The position numbers and the translations under genes were made by a program. A stretch of DNA of 60,961 nt, counting the filler, from Nemertoderma westbladi (lineage: Eukaryota; Animalia; Xenacoelomorpha): the NCBI GenBank assembly GCA_032718475.1. It is 2 parts of 2 records of this genome, joined end to end, with 100 filler letters (N's around TTAATTAATTAA, not from the genome) between each part and the next. Parts side by side here need not be neighbours in the genome. Positions count along the whole stretch, not along the records: positions 1 to 29,526 come from JAUCBJ010002769.1; positions 29,627 to 60,961 come from JAUCBJ010007592.1. The stretch is one strand, 5' to 3'. Below the pieces are notes generated by a model that was not told where the DNA came from, searched no databases, and worked only from the letters and a program-made list of their open reading frames with translations. This document shows positions 19,729 to 32,303 of the stretch, one piece after another (positions within the stretch are counted from its first letter, which is position 1; every line of letters starts with the position of its first letter).

Positions 19729-20070
19729 ATGAATACCGGCACTCAACAAAACCAACGCTTATCACAGGTCGGTATGGTTACCTCGAAACCGGCGCGACTG
19801 ACCACTCGAATACAACTTCAAAACACAAACACCAACAATAAACTGAAAGCGAATCGAACGTCTTCAGAAGAATCTGTCATTGGGACGAAGAAAAGGAAGC
19901 CGAAACCACGGGAATGGACCACAGCTAAGATTGAATGCTCACATTGTCAGAGTTCCTGGACCGAAATTGAAACACCAATTGCCGATGGGCTTGATCTCCC
20001 AAACCAAAACTTCCTCTGCGGGGTTTGCGCGGCAGTAAAGATTGAAAGTCTGGAAGCTGGCATCCCTAGG
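19729..20070 (+). pseudogene. N-terminal zinc finger of a CR1/L2-group LINE ORF1, truncated
   Basis: IECSHCQSSW...FLCGVCAAVKIESLEA (CxxC...CxxC then coiled-coil start). Frame then runs into AT-rich sequence. Confidence 0.5.
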
Positions 20071-20490
20071 TATTATTATTATAAAGAGCGTCAGCCTGCG
20101 TTTAATAAATATATTTTAATACAAAACAGGTCGAACGCAAAGAGGCTTATAATGAAGACGAGTACTGCATTGATTATATTCCTATAAACCACCTGGCTTT
20201 GCATATTGAACATGCGTTTGGAAATAAGTTCGTGCTACCCTTCCGTGGGTGGTAGATGTCGCGGTTATGTATTGGGGGGAGGGGGGGGGGGGGTGCAGAT
20301 TAAAAGGGGTGAACACGTACTGTCCCTCTTTCTTTGATTAATTGGTGGTGTGGGTTAATCTCTCATAACCTGATTTTGTGATACAGTCGCACAATTTTAA
20401 TTTGTATCTCATAACTGGGCCTCGTGCTGCGCGAAGGCCCCACGAACGTGTCATAAGTCGTTTTCAGATTTTGTCTGAGTCCGTATGTCA

Positions 20491-20673
20491 GCTCCCGTGT
20501 CTACTGGTAAGTCATAAGTCATAATTATTTTCTTAAAAAATAAAAGATGCTTCTCAAATTTTTTCTCGTAACAAGCGACATATGACATACCAGTGGAATC
20601 GCTCCCATTAAAACCAATGTGTTCCATAATGTATTTCGACTTATGACATACGACATACCAGTGGAGCACGGGT
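20491..20673. mobile_element. Small MITE (Harbinger-like)
   Basis: Imperfect terminal inverted repeats CCCGTGTCTACTGGTAAGTCATAAGTC and GACTTATGACATACGACATACCAGTGGAGCACGGG. Confidence 0.5.
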
Positions 20674-20855
20674 CTTGAGGAACCAAAAATGACAGCTGGA
20701 TTATATCCTTTACAAAAATTAATAGTGGAGGAATAACATCATTAAAATTTACAACATAAACAGCTCGTTCAACCTAAATGACAGAATCGTGACTGCAGAG
20801 CAGAGGTCAAACTCAGTTTGAGAGCCTGCAAACCCAGGACAACCAATCGAATCAG

Positions 20856-21200
20856 AAGCCGTTCCGTACAGGGATATTGATCCGTGAATTAACCAACCAA
20901 TCACCTCACGGATCAAATTTCCTGTTTTCATACAGGAACTTTTGATATTTCCAAAAACTCAAGACACAATTATATAGACCTGCATAATATTGTAACATGT
21001 GTTAACTTTCGTTTATTGCAGTGGTTCCCTCAACACGCCTCTGTAACCTGCTCCTTTACTAACCTGCTCCCTTGATAGTAATATTAAGTGGGGGACAACT
21101 CCTTCTGAATGGATCAACAATTCCTGTATGAAAAGAGGAATATTGATCCGTGAGCTTATTGGTTAATTCACGGATTAATATAACCTGTACGGAACGGCTT
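20856..21200. repeat. Inverted repeat pair of about 80 bp (20856-20938 and 21121-21200), each arm internally palindromic
   Basis: AAGCCGTTCCGTACAGG...TTGATCCGTGA...TCACGGATCAA...TTTTCATACAGGAA versus its diverged reverse complement. Confidence 0.7.
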
Positions 21201-22129
21201 GTTATTGGGAGGAATATCATTCGCATTTCGTAGTGATCCATTATTACCTAGCAAAGCAATGGGTTTATTTAAATGCTATTACTCCAGTATCTATTATTTT
21301 GCATAAAATGTAAACTTTATTTTGGAATGTGTATGATGCGAATGTGTTTCGTTGCTTACAACTATTTACTTATTATATTCTAAATTATAACATTCTAACA
21401 ACTTTATGAGATGTACAGCTGGTAGTTAAATATGCAGAAATTAATTGAACCAATAGTTGAGAAATTTAATAGACTTTAACGTACCACAATTTAAAAGGGA
21501 GTCTTCAATAGGGCAAAATGGTCGAAACATTTTACACGTCCGTCCTTTTATTTGGTTTTAATCATTTCAAGCTAAATAATATTTTGATAGATACTTACAA
21601 GATCAAAAGCTGTTTCTCTGTGTGGTCGTCAAACGATATGCAATTCTAGAATCTACACCTTGATGCTAAATCTCTTAACCCAATTTTGTTCTGGGGGTGG
21701 GGTAATTTTAGAAATTTTTCTGTATATTTGAATCAAGTTTGTTGGGAAAATAGATTTCGTGACTTTTCCTAAAATTGAATGGGCTATCCAACAAATAAAA
21801 CGCAATTTAAATAACGACAGTATGTTAGTTTTCGTTGTTGGTGCCTTTCGCAGTATCTCCAGTATTTTTCATGATAAAATTTTAAAAAGTTTTTATGGCT
21901 CACTATAATTAATGTATTTTGCAGCATATAACGGATTCTTTGGATGAAGACTGTAGTTAGTCAAATATAACATTATGTTGTTGCTGTTGCCCGAAATATA
22001 CTCATATCGTAACATCTTTATCTTTTGATTCCATTTGGTCACCTAGACATAGACAACAATCCAGGTCCAGCCAACAATACAAACTCTTTATCTAAATAAT
22101 ATTTCGATAAAGATATACACGTTAAATAC

Positions 22130-22195
22130 AATTATTACCAAACATTTTCTCGAGTGTTATATTATAACATTCGAGAAAATTTTTGGTAATTATTA
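22130..22195. repeat. Near-perfect palindrome of about 66 bp
   Basis: AATTATTACCAAACATTTTCTCGAGTGTTATA-T-TATAACATTCGAGAAAATTTTTGGTAATTATT. Confidence 0.75.
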
Positions 22196-24145
22196 AACAA
22201 TGAAAATAATATATTTTGTTATTGAGTTGACAATATTGTCCTGATACTTTCATAAATTACTCAGCATTGCTAATTTTTTCCGGTTATAAATTAATTGCAA
22301 CATTCATGAATTTATGCACCGAATGCGAGCAAAGCGAAACACGTTGAAACACGTAAAAACTCGTTGAAATTTTCAGACAAATGATCTCCTCCACAGACAG
22401 AAGTAATTTTAATACAATACGTAATTGGTTGAAGAAACATGTTCTGCAAATAATGGATGTCTTTATAGGAAAATGAAAAAAATTAGCTAAATATTTAGAT
22501 GTTAAAACACGCTACTCTAACGAGTCCTTTTCATTGCACATTTCCAATCAGATGTCAACCAACCAACCCACCCCTTCGAACAGAACAGTTAATTCGAACA
22601 GATCATTATAACAATAGGAATAACATACATTCATACATTACAACCCCTATAGTTTCCAGACTTATGACTCCGTGATAATAAAACAACATGGAATTACAAT
22701 GGAAACTATTTAATGCTCAACAGACCAACGTATCGTCAACGTCTATTGGCGACGGCGTAGTAGTCCCAGCTTAGTGGAACGCAGTAAACATATGATGGAA
22801 TAATACTTGTAACACAGAACCAAAAGCGGCGCGGCGTTGTTCAAAGGAAATGTGCGCGGCGAATCATTGATGAGATTTAGGGGTGAGGTCCAAGTTAGCG
22901 GGAGTGAGGATATACTAAGGGGCCCGATGTGAGGATAGAGGGCCTCTAGTATGCGGTAGGTTCAAAGAGAGAATGGACAGCTTATTCGAATTGCGGAGTA
23001 TACCAAGTCTTAATTCTTTAATAAGGAATTATCACCAGTAGCGGTTGTGCTATGCCTTTAGTAAGGATATTATCATACAACAACAATGGGTTGGATTTAG
23101 CACGGGCAATAAAATTCTGGGCCCCAGTACCTCTGTAATGGTAAACGCATGGTGTGTGTGTGAGTAGAGTAGCCCGTATAAGTAGTAGACCTTGGCCATT
23201 CATTGTTGGGGTGGATTGGCAGACAACTAGTCCATTATATCGATATGTTATCCTGGAGGTGGTGTCTTGCAGCGCATCCACTGTTATCAATAATGTTTAC
23301 ATTATTTGTTTGTATGCCTGTGAGATTGATACCTGCCCCATCTAATAGTTTTATAAGCTTTTAAAATGAATTCCAGGATCTGTACATGCAAGCATCTCAA
23401 CAGAAAAGTAAAACTATGTTTATTATTAAATATTTAATAGATTCATGTTATATGTGTAATCGTGTTATGATAGATAATAATTAATTTAGCAATGCAACCG
23501 AATGCAACAGTTACAATGAAAAACAAAAAGGTACAGAAAGGTACACAGAAAATTGTCAGTTTTCATAATTTTAATGATGATAACCTGAGTTGACTTGACT
23601 ATTTATGAAACATGTAAATAATCAAAGTAATTGATCTTTTCATCTTGACTTGTAATTCCGTGGTAGGTTCTTCTCTGTAAGTGATTAAATATTAACCCTT
23701 TACTGACCAAAAAGATAAATTACATAAACTTTCACTCCCATGGACAAAGAAAAATATATTTCATCGGACCAAGGTTTATTTATTTTCTTATCGAACGAGA
23801 TTTTTATATATAGTGGATAACCAACCATATTACTACCTATACTTATCCTACCCTAAAAGGCGGCACACAGCCGCCTTTAACCATTTAAAAATTGTTAAAT
23901 CTTTGACATGTGTTGTGTACTCCATGGGCGGCACAATGCCGCCTTGGCGCCTTAATCACTGAATTTTGTGAAAAAAAATTTGGTAATGCATTATGTTACT
24001 ACAAATATTATATTCTAATTTTCAGTATTGACCCAGTACACCACTAACCGGTTGTGTTGTGTGTGTTAACTAACAACAGGATTTACTCTTCCATTCAATA
24101 TTTGTGAAATAAATCTAGGTGGAAATTCCGTTTATGCTCAAAAGT

Positions 24146-24570
24146 CAATGGTCTGCATGGTCTCAACTGCCGCCAGGAGCGCAGGCCGGATCCCACGCCA
24201 TACGATGCTAAACGATATTATTAGGCGGGCGCTGGTGAGCTGTGGTATCCCCTCCATCCGCGAACCCCCGGGTCTCCGTAGGAACGCTGGAAAGAGAGTA
24301 GATGGGGTAATTATCATTCCATGGAGACAGGGTCGAACCCTCACCTGGGACGCCACCGTGTAGTGTAGTGAAGCCTCTGGCTCCCAGTCACCCGGTCGCC
24401 GGTGGGCCACGTCTTTCATTCTGTAGCGTTTGAGACCCTAGGCCACCCCGGGCCCGAGATAGCGGCCTTCCTCAGGGAGATCGGTTCCCGTCTCCATGCC
24501 CGGTCGCACGACCCGAGGTCGCACAGGTTCTCCTCCAGCGGATCCTGGTGGCCATCTGGAACGTGGCGTC
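24146..24570 (+). pseudogene. CRE-clade non-LTR retrotransposon 3' fragment (zinc knuckle plus restriction-like endonuclease)
   Basis: CRRSAGRIPRHTMLNDIIRRAL...REPPGL...GKRVDGVIIIPWRQGRTLTWDATV, then VAFETLG..GPE...FLREIGSRL...QRILVAI with frameshifts. Confidence 0.85.
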
Positions 24571-24874
24571 AGGGATGACCTGACCACTGCTGGTCCTTCA
24601 CCTGCCCCGCATGATTATTTGACGTATTGGACTAGAGTTGGCAGTTTCCTATTAGACTAGAGATATCTGTGATGTTTACTATATTAATTATACTTGGTTT
24701 CTTGTGCGATTAAATTATCATATAGTGCTATTTTACCCGTAACATAATATTAAAAGTTTATGCTTATTTAATATATTTACGCTAAATTGTTAACATGTTT
24801 AGGTTATTTTTTTAGTGTAACCCCAAACCTTTCGCCGTCCAATGGTTTAGATCAATGTATATTAACGTCAGAAT

Positions 24875-25582
24875 GGATCTAGGACACTTCCCCCCCGGAC
24901 ACTTCCCCCCCGGACACTTCCCCCCCGCCCAAGTAGGACACTTCCCCCCCGGACACTTCCCCCCCGGACACTTGCCCCCCGGACACTTCCCCCCCAGTTA
25001 AAGTGTTAAAATTAATCTGGGTGCATCAAAGCAATAAACAAAAGTTAAAGATGGTTACAGGACAAGTTGTATCTAGACAAGTTTTTTCAAAATTATGAAG
25101 GAAACATTTTTATAGTCAAATTTTGTTTGTTTTTCTTTTAATTCCTTGAATTATTACATAATAATACCTATAATTAAAACAATTAATTATTATAATTCTA
25201 TAGTTAATAAAAACAGTATATCATTCCGGGGATGGAATTTATAGGTCATCTAATATAATTAATTGTTTAAAGATTAGCAAACAATACGATGTAATTGCAT
25301 TGATAAAACCCATAAATAAAACTTGGATATAAAATGTAAAATCGGGATGCAAAAGATCACTTTCTGAGCTACGAAACGAAAATTAGATACAACTTATCTG
25401 GTTACAAGCGGTCCGTTTACCTTAATGAAAAATACGAATGTGCGAAGTTAAGAACAGTCGGGGGGGAAGTGTCCGCGGGGGGGAAGTGTCTGGGGGGGAA
25501 GTGTCAGGGGGGGAAGTGTCCTACTTGAGCGGGGGGGAACTGTCCGGGGGGGAAGTGTCCGGGGGGGAAGTGTCCGAACACC
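24875..25582. mobile_element. Mutator (MULE)-type MITE
   Basis: TIRs of about 120 bp built from GGACACTTCCCCCC(C) units. Perfect 9-bp TSD CGTCAGAAT at 24866-24874 and 25583-25591. Confidence 0.9.
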
Positions 25583-26479
25583 CGTCAGAATCCCGACAAC
25601 TGATTGGTTAATTAAGGCACCTCAGATTTTGTGCGGGAATTCCATGTAAATAATTGAATCTAACTAAAGGTCAGTACGTCAGGTTCGATTGCTTTTTTTT
25701 TTGTCTTTTTAGTCTTAAAAAAAAAATTCTTAAAAACTTTTTCGAATAAGTCTGTAATCTATATTAACAAATGGTCAGTCAACGTTTCCACAAGTCTTCT
25801 CGTTTGAAAAAATAAAAGTCCAAAACAGCCCTAAATTTTCAAATTTATTATTTTTCATTATTTTAAGTTTATTTATTTGGTGGCTCAAATCAAACGGTTT
25901 AAAAAATAATTTAAAATGAGAAGAGATCCCATTTATGGTTCCTTCATCATATTGTGATCTATCTATATGATCACATTGTGTATTTTGAGTCGCGTGCCGT
26001 GCCGTACAGTGCCAATTTTAAGCAAACCCAAAATGGCAAATTTCTTTAATTTTATATTTTATAAATAGTCCCATTCGAATTAGCTAGCTAAAAACTCTTA
26101 CAAAATTTGTGAATCATTCATTACTTTTTTTCAAATATTAAACATTTGAAATAAAAATTTAAATGTTTAAAATGTAAAATTTTCAAATTGTTAAAAATGT
26201 TTATGCATTTAATGTTAGGCTATGACCTACTATAATACGACCTTGCAAGCTGCAGCAGCCCACTAAATTTTCTGGGCCGATGTTCTGACTTTGTTTTTAC
26301 TTGTCAACCGGTAGTTTAATTATAATTATAACTATTTAAATGCTTGTGTGTAAAGTAGCACTTAGGACTTAGGACTTAGGAGAAACGAAATTGCGACAAC
26401 TATGGAGAATCGGGAAGCCTGGAAGGATCTCATTTCCACTGTCCGAGTTCGCTCGACCTAGTAGTAGTAGTAGTGTAAA

Positions 26480-27085
26480 GTAGCACTTTACAGTGTGATG
26501 ATCCGAGAGGCTTTGTTACACAAACGAACGTTAGTGAGTGAGTGAAAATAAAGCCGCGAGGCTCAGAACACTGTAAAGTACTTTGCAACAAGTATGTATG
26601 TTGTTTTATTCCAAAATTTTAACATTACGAAACGATTGTACATATACATTATAAGTGATACAAACTGCACAAATTATATTAGTTGCAGTATGTATAATTG
26701 CAGTATGTAAAAATAACATAAATTATGTTATAAATAAGTTAACTTATATTTATCGCGGCGTTTGGAGCCATGTTAATATAGCTAGGCCCTACTGGTTATT
26801 AATAGCTATACCCCGCCTACCGGTAGGAAATGCAGTATGCCTATCTGGCTGTCATTTCCACCTATTGTTAACGTGGTGACCATGACGGCGTTAAGTAATT
26901 TCCATACTAGGGGGACATTACTTAACGCCGCCATGGTTACCACGTAAACAATAATACCAAATACAATACTAAATGTAAAGGCCAATACAATGCTGTAATG
27001 TCCTCTAAAGTTGTAAAGTGCTAAATAACAACTCGCTGTTAATACTAACGGCGTTGAGTAATGTTACAATTTTGGATTAAAAATG
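26480..27085. mobile_element. Non-autonomous element (Crypton-like) with a central hairpin at 26863-26953
   Basis: Left motif TTTGTTACAC...CGAACG...GTGAGTGA...CGAGG...CACTGTAA recurs at about 44772-44845. Right motif AATACTAACGGC...AATGTTACAATTTT(T)GGA recurs at about 49810-49860. Family assignment is tentative. Confidence 0.45.
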
Positions 27086-27261
27086 GTACGATATACTGAC
27101 TAATTGAGGCTTGTTATATTAACTAAAGAGCTAAATATGAGAGTCTTACATCCCATAAACTTCAAAAAATATACAATCAGGACATTGAGCCCAAAATAGT
27201 ACTCAACCACTATGTTGTTTGTTAGTTTGTGGGGTGTAGTACAGTAATTCTCTAGTGTTAC

Positions 27262-27806
27262 CATAGCCATTATGGTGTTCTAGCCTATCGTATGAGACGG
27301 GGGGGCAAGGAGGCAAGGGGGCAATTCCCCCCCCCCCCCCCCCAGCAAATTTCTAGGGGGTGAAATTTCAGTTATAAAGAGTTTGAGTATTAAAAGAGTA
27401 TGTTTTGAGTATGATTAAGAGAGTATGTATGTTTTGAGTATTAATTAATATCAAACGCTTTTTCCAACAGTTATAACCGCGGAGGTGTGTAGCCACTGTT
27501 ATACACCGACCGGTAATGTAAATCCTTTAGTTTTATTAAAGAAGTATTATATGTTTAAAATGTTTTACTTGAATGTGAAAAATCTCAACATTGTTAAAAA
27601 AATTTACGATCGCTACGCTCGCATTAGACTACGAAATATATGTTTTGAGTAGATTAATATTCTTGGTGGCCCCCACTACTGGTCACCGCACACCGCACCT
27701 GCACTGTACAATTTTTAAAATATAATTTATTTGTTGGGGGGAATTGGCTAAGGGGGCGAAAGATTCGCCTTGTCCCCCCAGTGGAGATTATTCCCGAACG
27801 CTTATT
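27262..27806. mobile_element. hAT-type MITE
   Basis: 8-bp TSD AGTGTTAC at 27254-27261 and 27807-27814. Degenerate CATAG...CGCTTAT termini with GGGGGCAAGG/CCTTGTCCCCC subterminal inverted motifs. Confidence 0.65.
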
Positions 27807-27837
27807 AGTGTTACCTCTTTATTTAATAGTTTAATTC

Positions 27838-28704
27838 GGCCTACTACTGTAGGCCTACTACTGTAGGCCTACTACTGTAGGCCTACTACTGTAGGCCTAC
27901 TACTGTAGGCCTACTACTGTAGGCCTACTACTGTAGGCTTACTACTGTAGGCCTACAACTGTAGGCCTACTACTGTAGGCCTACTACTGTAGGCCTACTA
28001 CTGTAGGCCTACTACTGTAGGCTTACTACTGTAGGCCTACTAATGTAGGCCTACTACTGAAGGCCTACTACTATAGGCCTACTACTGTAGGCCTACAAGT
28101 GTAGGCCTACTACTGTAGGCCTACTACTGTAGGCTTACTACTGTAGGCCTACTAATGTAGGCCTACTACTGAAGGCCTACTACTATAGGCCTACTACTGT
28201 AGGCCTACAAGTGTAGGCCTACTACTGTAGGCCTACTACTGTAGGCTTACTACTGTAGGCCTACTAATGTAGGCCTACTACTGAAGGCATACTACTGTAG
28301 GCCTACTACTGTAGGCCTACTACTGTAGGCCTACTACTGTAGGCCTACTACTGTAGGCCTACTATTGTAGGCCTACTACTGTAGGCCTACTACTGTAGGC
28401 CAACTACTGTAGGCCTACTACTGTAGGCCTACTACTGTAGGCGTACTACTGTAGACCTACTACTGTAGGCCTACTACTGTAGGCCTACTACTGTAGGCCT
28501 ACGACTGTAGGCCTACTAATGTAGGCCTACTACTGAAGGCCTACTACTGTAGGCCAACTACTGTAGGCCTACTACTGTAGGCCTACTACTGTAGGCGTAC
28601 TACTGTAGGCCTACTACTGTAGGCCTACTACTGTAGGCCTACTACTGTAGGCCTACTAATGTAGGCCTACTACTGTAGGCCTACTACTTTAGGCCTATAA
28701 CTGT
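27838..28704. repeat. 14-bp minisatellite (GTAGGCCTACTACT)n, about 62 copies
   Basis: Directly visible. The unit contains the palindrome GTAGGCCTAC. Confidence 0.95.
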
Positions 28705-29526
28705 AGATATAATATAATATAATAATAATATAATAATATAATTAATATTAATATGCGATATAATGTATTTTCCGGATACAAATTGGAGTACCCGGTACAT
28801 ATTAGTGCGTCCAGTTACTAATTTCAGTCCCTGGTTACCAATTTGAGTCCTCGGTTACTATAGTCATTAGTTACAAATGCAATCCCCGGTTACATTAATT
28901 TTAATTAATAATAATTGTGCTCATTTAATTTAGTGCTGTTTAATATAGAATATCTATTAGAGTTTGCAACGACTGAGGCGTACTTTCCCTCTAAAAAAAT
29001 TAATTAATATTGTCTGGGAATACCCATTCCAACCAACCAAACAATATTAAGCAAATAAAACATTTCATTACATTAATTATATTGTCATTGTTTTATTTCA
29101 CTGCTACTTCTAACACATTAAAGACTATGATACCCACTTAATAAACATTTTACTGTTATTTAGCAAGATATCATTTTTCAATTTCAATCACTTTAGGTTG
29201 AGAATATAAATTATCATTTTATATTTCTTTCGTGGAATTTATTACATTTTTCTAAGATCATTCTCACCAACTCACCATTCTACTCTATAAATTTTTTTTC
29301 GGTACGTCTCTGTATTCACTTAATCTAACATTACTGCGCCTATGAGACCGCTTGTTTATTAATGCGAGATTGTGTTAATGTGTTAATTAGCGAGAAGGCC
29401 TTCATAAAAATGGTTGAGGATCTTGAAAAAGACCAAACTAAAATTTCTTAGGTCAGGTCAGGTATTCTAGGTCATTGATCAAGAAAACTTGCCACCTCCA
29501 TGCAGCATAAAGGAGGTGCCACCTGT

Positions 29527-29626
29527 NNNNNNNNNNNNNNNNNNNNNNNNNNNNNNNNNNNNNNNNNNNNTTAATTAATTAANNNNNNNNNNNNNNNNNN
29601 NNNNNNNNNNNNNNNNNNNNNNNNNN
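29527..29626. other. Artificial contig-joining spacer (N44-TTAATTAATTAA-N44)
   Basis: Exactly 100 bp with a six-frame stop linker in the middle. Confidence 0.95.
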
Positions 29627-30579
29627 CGGTGGCAGCCAGACCATCCAGTATTACTCTATGAAAATTATCCCAACATAATTGTGCAGAATTACAATTATCG
29701 TAAATACTATTCCAATCTATATTTTCTAGATGAGACTTACTTCCTGGCATGTTTGTTTTTCGAAAAATGTGTACCAAACACATTTGTTTCTTCATAAATA
29801 TTGCAATTTAATTTAAAACTAAAAGCAGAATGGTCGCTAATACCAAAATGGGGTTCACTGCCCACTGATAAAATTAAGTCGTCATCATTGCACAATAAAA
29901 GATCTAAAAAGATTTCAACTCTAGTAAGAAAATCGACATTTTGAGTTATATTACTGCACAAAATGATATCTGAAAATTCCATATAGATTTTTGTTGTAAT
30001 TTTACTATAATCGGTCTAATCAAAATCTGGGTAATTAAGGTCTCCTAATATTACTGTAGGTTGGGGCATGTCACATAACCAATCGTTTCGCTTACACATT
30101 TGTTTATTTATTATAATTATTACACAAATCAGTGCCACCATAACACGATTCTGGTGGTATGAAAATTCAAATGATACGATTATTTTGACCCTATTTAGTA
30201 TCTAATGCAATGCATTCAATGCTGCTGAATTCCATAGGAATAGTAACTTGTGGTTGAAGGGAACGATGTTTGTTTCCAATTAGATTTAGAATTGTTTCCA
30301 ATTCTGTCCATTTGGCTGCAATATTAATAGAGGGAACATTTGCATAGTAGCATTTAAAGTCAGGTGATATTTCAGATGGGCTCTTTACACTCATGGTGTT
30401 GTCTCAGTGGCGGCGTTTTCCGATTGATTTAGTGTTCGGTTTGGTAGTGTTTGTACTTCAGACTGTGCAGAAGAAGACATAGTCCCTGATGGGTTCTGGG
30501 ATCTGTTAACCTTTAATTTCCTCCTAGATGTGAGATTGCAGTACGCCAGCCAGGATTGAGAAGAACGCAGTTTCACCAT
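29627..30579 (-). pseudogene. CR1/L2-group LINE: ORF1 end and APE endonuclease remnant
   Basis: FKCYYANVPSI, IECIALD, ILGDLNYPDFD, TR...LDLLLCNDDDLI...GISDHSAF, LENIDWNSI. Frameshifted and cut by the gap. Confidence 0.85.
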
Positions 30580-30584
30580 TTGGT

Positions 30585-31110
30585 GAGAGAGAGTACCTGA
30601 GCTTTTGTGTCACAATATAATATTCCAATACCAGCTACACTTACATCTGGTATTCCATAAGCTCTTAGGATTACCATCATTTTACCTTTATAGATAAAGT
30701 TTAATGCTTTCTTGAAGTCCACAAAAGTCATGACAGTGGGGAGATTCTTTGACTTAATTCCCTTAATCAGTCTCCATAGCGCAAGTATCTGAGCTATTGT
30801 TGATCTATATGGTCGATGTCCGTTTTAGGCTCTTATGCAGCAGTTTCTCTATGTGGGGTCTAATTCTATATTTGTTGTATATTTTGGCAGCTACCACAAG
30901 TAGGCAGATCCCAAAATAGTTTGTTGGTACACCGAGGTCTCCTTTCTTAGGGAGAGGCTTTATTGAACTTTAGTCCAAATTGGTGGTGAAAGTGTCGATA
31001 AATGTGTGGACTCGTTGGCATATGTAGGTAGGCATGGATGCTTTGTCCTAGTGGGATGTTTGACCATCAGCGTTATGATTGTTGCTAGGTAGCCTTTAAT
31101 CCCCAAAACG
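30585..31110 (-). pseudogene. RTE-type LINE reverse transcriptase fragment
   Basis: AAKIYNK...RIRPHIEKLL, KNLPTVMTFVDFKKA, GKMMVILRAYGIP...LY.DTKAQV. Confidence 0.75.
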
Positions 31111-31944
31111 TTTGGCATTGGTTAACAATATTGAATGAATGAAAATGATTACTAATTGCTATGAGTTTACCCATCACTTTTGTAAACTGACAAATAGGAA
31201 ATGTATTATATATCTAGTTCTATATTTAATAACATTTTCTGCGTTTATTGTACATGATGGTACATGATGATACTGGAACCACTTCTTTGCGTAGTTTAGT
31301 TATTGTAAAGCTTTCAAAATTCTTATAAGTTGGCCAAAATGATGTACCGATATGTCATTGTATGAAAATGGTACTAGTCAGCATTAGGGATTGTGATGGG
31401 ATCGAGTTCTGAGATCCCGACCGGGTAAGGTTGTACGCGTCACTTGGTTGCTGGGCTGCTGGGCTGATATCTTTAGCCGAAGGCCGTTGGGGAAAAACAA
31501 CAGAGTTTGGTTTCTCAGTATTAATAGTTCCAGTGATAATAGCACAGTATGTATAACAAATAATAATATAAATTGTAATACAGAATGATGACAGCAATAT
31601 ATGAAATGACGGTCAAAACTATGCCGGTCCGCAACTGTGTAATAATGAACTCACCGGTAAATCAGTAATCAGAGTAACTATATGGTTGATACATATTGGT
31701 TTCACCTCTAAGCTACTGTGGCCTTTGGTACCCAATGGATGCCCTCCTGTCCTTCCCCCACGTGCTGCCCTGCCCGCTATTGGCTTATATACTACTTGTC
31801 ACTTCGCCACTCCGTGTAGGTGTTACTCCCTGGTGCTAGCCTCGCTAGCTGGGTTGTCCCTCTGAGGTGGTTTGACCTCTCACCTCTCTCTGTGGCTTAG
31901 GGCGTGTGTCCCCCCCCCCCCCCCCGAGTTGGTTATGAGGCGAG

Positions 31945-32100
31945 ATTATTATTGGTAATCTCGCATCGCCAACTATATTGGTAAAAATGCCACTGGTCCC
32001 ATTTTTGGGTGGGTAATGTAGGGAATTGAATCCGCTTACAGGGATCCTTGTTTATTTACTTAAACCTCCCTCACTGTGCTCGTTCGGTATATAAATATAT
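31945..32100 (+). promoter_or_regulatory. Putative promoter/5' UTR exon of the hnRNP M-like gene
   Basis: Inverted CCAAT boxes (ATTGG at about 31951 and 31976), and a candidate GT donor or TATA-like GTATATAAA at about 32087. Confidence 0.3.
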
Positions 32101-32303
32101 ACCCTCAAGTGTTTTTATGCTGAAAAGTTTTACTTTACATTACACACACACACACTGATGTAAGTTTGTGTTTCATGTTTATTTATTTAAAAGTGAAAAT
32201 TTATTTAAAAGATCCAACCCAATCTTGATTTCACATTGTGGGTGTTGCTATTGTATTGTAAAGGAAGTAATTGTTAATTTATGTTTTTTTTAGATCATCA
32301 GAT

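Noticed and set aside
23693-25790. piggyBac-like element enclosing the CRE fragment and MULE MITE
   Set aside because: Left TTAACCCTTTACTGACCA is plausible, but the candidate right end (TGGTCAGTCAACG) is too degenerate and lacks TTAA.
31700-31910. Possible HDV-like ribozyme or RTE untranslated region upstream of the RTE fragment
   Set aside because: GC-rich island, but I could not build the nested double pseudoknot by eye.
32271-32303. ORF-track start at TTG 32271 (also GTG 43363 for LSM11)
   Set aside because: Non-ATG starts. 32271-32293 looks like an intron acceptor; first ATGs are at 32304 and 43378.
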